From a bacterium (GTDB lineage: Bacteria > Patescibacteriota > Minisyncoccia > UBA6257 > Colwellbacteraceae): a DNA stretch of 49,661 bases. This document shows, piece after piece, positions 48,081 to 49,661 of the stretch (its first letter is position 1; each line of letters starts with the position of its first letter). A program made the translations under genes and the position numbers. The notes beneath the pieces were generated by a model. The model was not told the origin of the DNA. It made no database searches and saw nothing but the letters and a program-made list of their open reading frames with translations. The stretch spans positions 1-49,661 of the forward strand of contig JAJYME010000005.1 in the NCBI GenBank assembly GCA_021787205.1, written 5' to 3'.

Positions 48081-49661
48081 TTATTCGATTGTTTTCAACT
48101 TCGCTTCGATGACTTCGACAATCTTCTCAGCAAGGCCGGAATCAAGTATGCCTCTGGTAACGCATTGGTTAGCCGCTTGGGCCAAACCGCCTAAGGCGTT
48201 GCGGTTCACGTCGGCGGCGTTGACTAAGCCGTCCGCGAGAATGGCAAACTGGTCGTCAATATTGCGACCCTCGGCCCAGGCGGAAGCGATAAGGGCATTC
48301 AACGCTTCTACGGCCTCAGCGCTGGCCATTGGCTTATTCTCCACGACCGCTTCCGACTCGCCGGAATCCGGACCCGGGTTTTCGACGACAGTTTCGGGGG
48401 CAGGAGCTTGTTCTCCGGACGCCTCAGCGCCAGAAGCAACCGTTTCCGGTTGTTGTTCCGGTTGGGCTGCGGGAGTCTCAGGTGCTGAAAGGCGATCTTT
48501 GGCTGCTTTGATAACATCCTTGAAGACAGCGAGAGAGGCAATCGGCTGGTTAGCCTTCTCGAACAAGGACAAAGCTTGTTCGCTTGAAAAGACAAGGTTC
48601 TGAAGCTCCTTTTCCGTCATGTCATAGGCAAGAGCATTATCCGCCGAAGCCTTGAAGTCGGCTGGGTTCATCAGAAGGGCTTTCTCTCGGAGGCAGAGAT
48701 TCAAAACAGAATTGATTTCCGATAATTCGTAGGCGACATTAGCCTTGCGATCGGCGGCGGCAAACCTTGATTTTTGGGGTTCCAACCTCTGCTCCCTCTC
48801 TTGGAACTTAAGAGCGTTATCGGTACGATACTGTTCTTCCGTAACTCCCAGAAGACCCAGTTGCTTTTCAAAGGAGATCTTGTCGGCGGCTTGATATTTT
48901 TCAATCTTGCGATTGGCCTTCTTTAAGTTTTTCTCAATCTTGCCGATTTCCTTTTTCTCCTTCTTTAGGGCCTTCTCGGTTCTCTTTACAAGCTCTGCCC
49001 GTCTCTTCTCAACGACTGGGCTGGATATTTCCGCGAGATTAAGCTTGGCCAAGACCTCTGTGAGAGACCTGATCTTGTCCTGTTTTTCAGCAAAGGCTTC
49101 CATTGAGGGAAGCAGGGCCTCCTGTCTCTGGCGATCTATCTTCGATTCATATTTATCACGTTTTTCTTGGATCCTGCCAGCGATCCTGCCTTTGGCTTCC
49201 TTAGTCCTGGTCTCATAACCGCTAATCTTCTCGTCGAGCTGGTCTTTCTCCGCCTTGGCGGCGTTTCTTTTCTTTTCCGACTTTTCCTTGTTTTTCTCAG
49301 CCTTGTCGATTTCCCTCTGGACCTTGTTTCTCATGCTCTCAGGCATATCAAGACCCTCGATATTGCCAAGGTTTTCAAGATCCTTCTTGGCGGCCATTTC
49401 CTTGCTTTCAAAAGCCTCTCTCTCGCTTTCAAACTTGGTTTCCCGATCGGCAAGTCTCTTGCGAGAAGGCTCGATCAATTCCCTGCCAATACCATTCTCA
49501 AGAATGGCAAACCTGTCGGTAATAGCCTCGATGGTTTTTATCGACTTCAGTTTCTCCCTAGCGCCGCTCAGGACTTCCCGCGCCTTTTGAGAGACCTTTT
49601 CCATTCTCCTCGAACCGAGTCCTTTCTCCGGTTTCGACTTGGACTCCCCAGACTCACGGCC
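48081..49661 (-). CDS. Large coiled-coil hypothetical protein, probably 5'-truncated by the window edge
   Basis: K/E-rich helical ORF; the frame stays open for the 19 codons upstream of the ATG at 49604. Confidence 0.75.
   Translation of the reverse strand, partial: GRESGESKSKPEKGLGSRRMEKVSQKAREVLSGAREKLKSIKTIEAITDRFAILENGIGRELIEPSRKRLADRETKFESEREAFESKEMAAKKDLENLGNIEGLDMPESMRNKVQREIDKAEKNKEKSEKKRNAAKAEKDQLDEKISGYETRTKEAKGRIAGRIQEKRDKYESKIDRQRQEALLPSMEAFAEKQDKIRSLTEVLAKLNLAEISSPVVEKRRAELVKRTEKALKKEKKEIGKIEKNLKKANRKIEKYQAADKISFEKQLGLLGVTEEQYRTDNALKFQEREQRLEPQKSRFAAADRKANVAYELSEINSVLNLCLREKALLMNPADFKASADNALAYDMTEKELQNLVFSSEQALSLFEKANQPIASLAVFKDVIKAAKDRLSAPETPAAQPEQQPETVASGAEASGEQAPAPETVVENPGPDSGESEAVVENKPMASAEAVEALNALIASAWAEGRNIDDQFAILADGLVNAADVNRNALGGLAQAANQCVTRGILDSGLAEKIVEVIEAKLKTIE

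Overview
A 49.7 kb chromosomal segment from a small-genome bacterium, most likely Patescibacteria/CPR (Parcubacteria-like). That assignment is inferred from a stand-alone 16S rRNA with no anti-Shine-Dalgarno sequence, many genes with very short or no leaders, six type IV pilin paralogs and a short RF1. Ordinary content: Zn/Mn ABC transporter, class III ribonucleotide reductase (nrdDG), ObgE, QueH, a MacAB-like exporter, SUF Fe-S genes, tRNA-Glu, pilB/pilC with pilins, L31, L25, a lytic transglycosylase, class II aldolase and a PfkB kinase. The main candidate novelty is a minus-strand locus at 21.9-26.2 kb. It encodes an OmpR-family regulator, an unannotated 37-aa peptide ending ...GDPWL with its own promoter and terminator, a multi-TM histidine kinase, and a 630-aa enzyme fusing a class II terpene-cyclase-like domain to a ComQ-like isoprenoid-synthase domain. 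This resembles a non-canonical ComQXP-type prenylated-peptide signalling system. An 11-bp-periodic TTAACA-N5 box array sits in fixed register to a -10 element at four promoters in the window, including the peptide's own, outlining a candidate regulon with an autoinduction loop. All functional calls come from motif reading only; no database searches were run.
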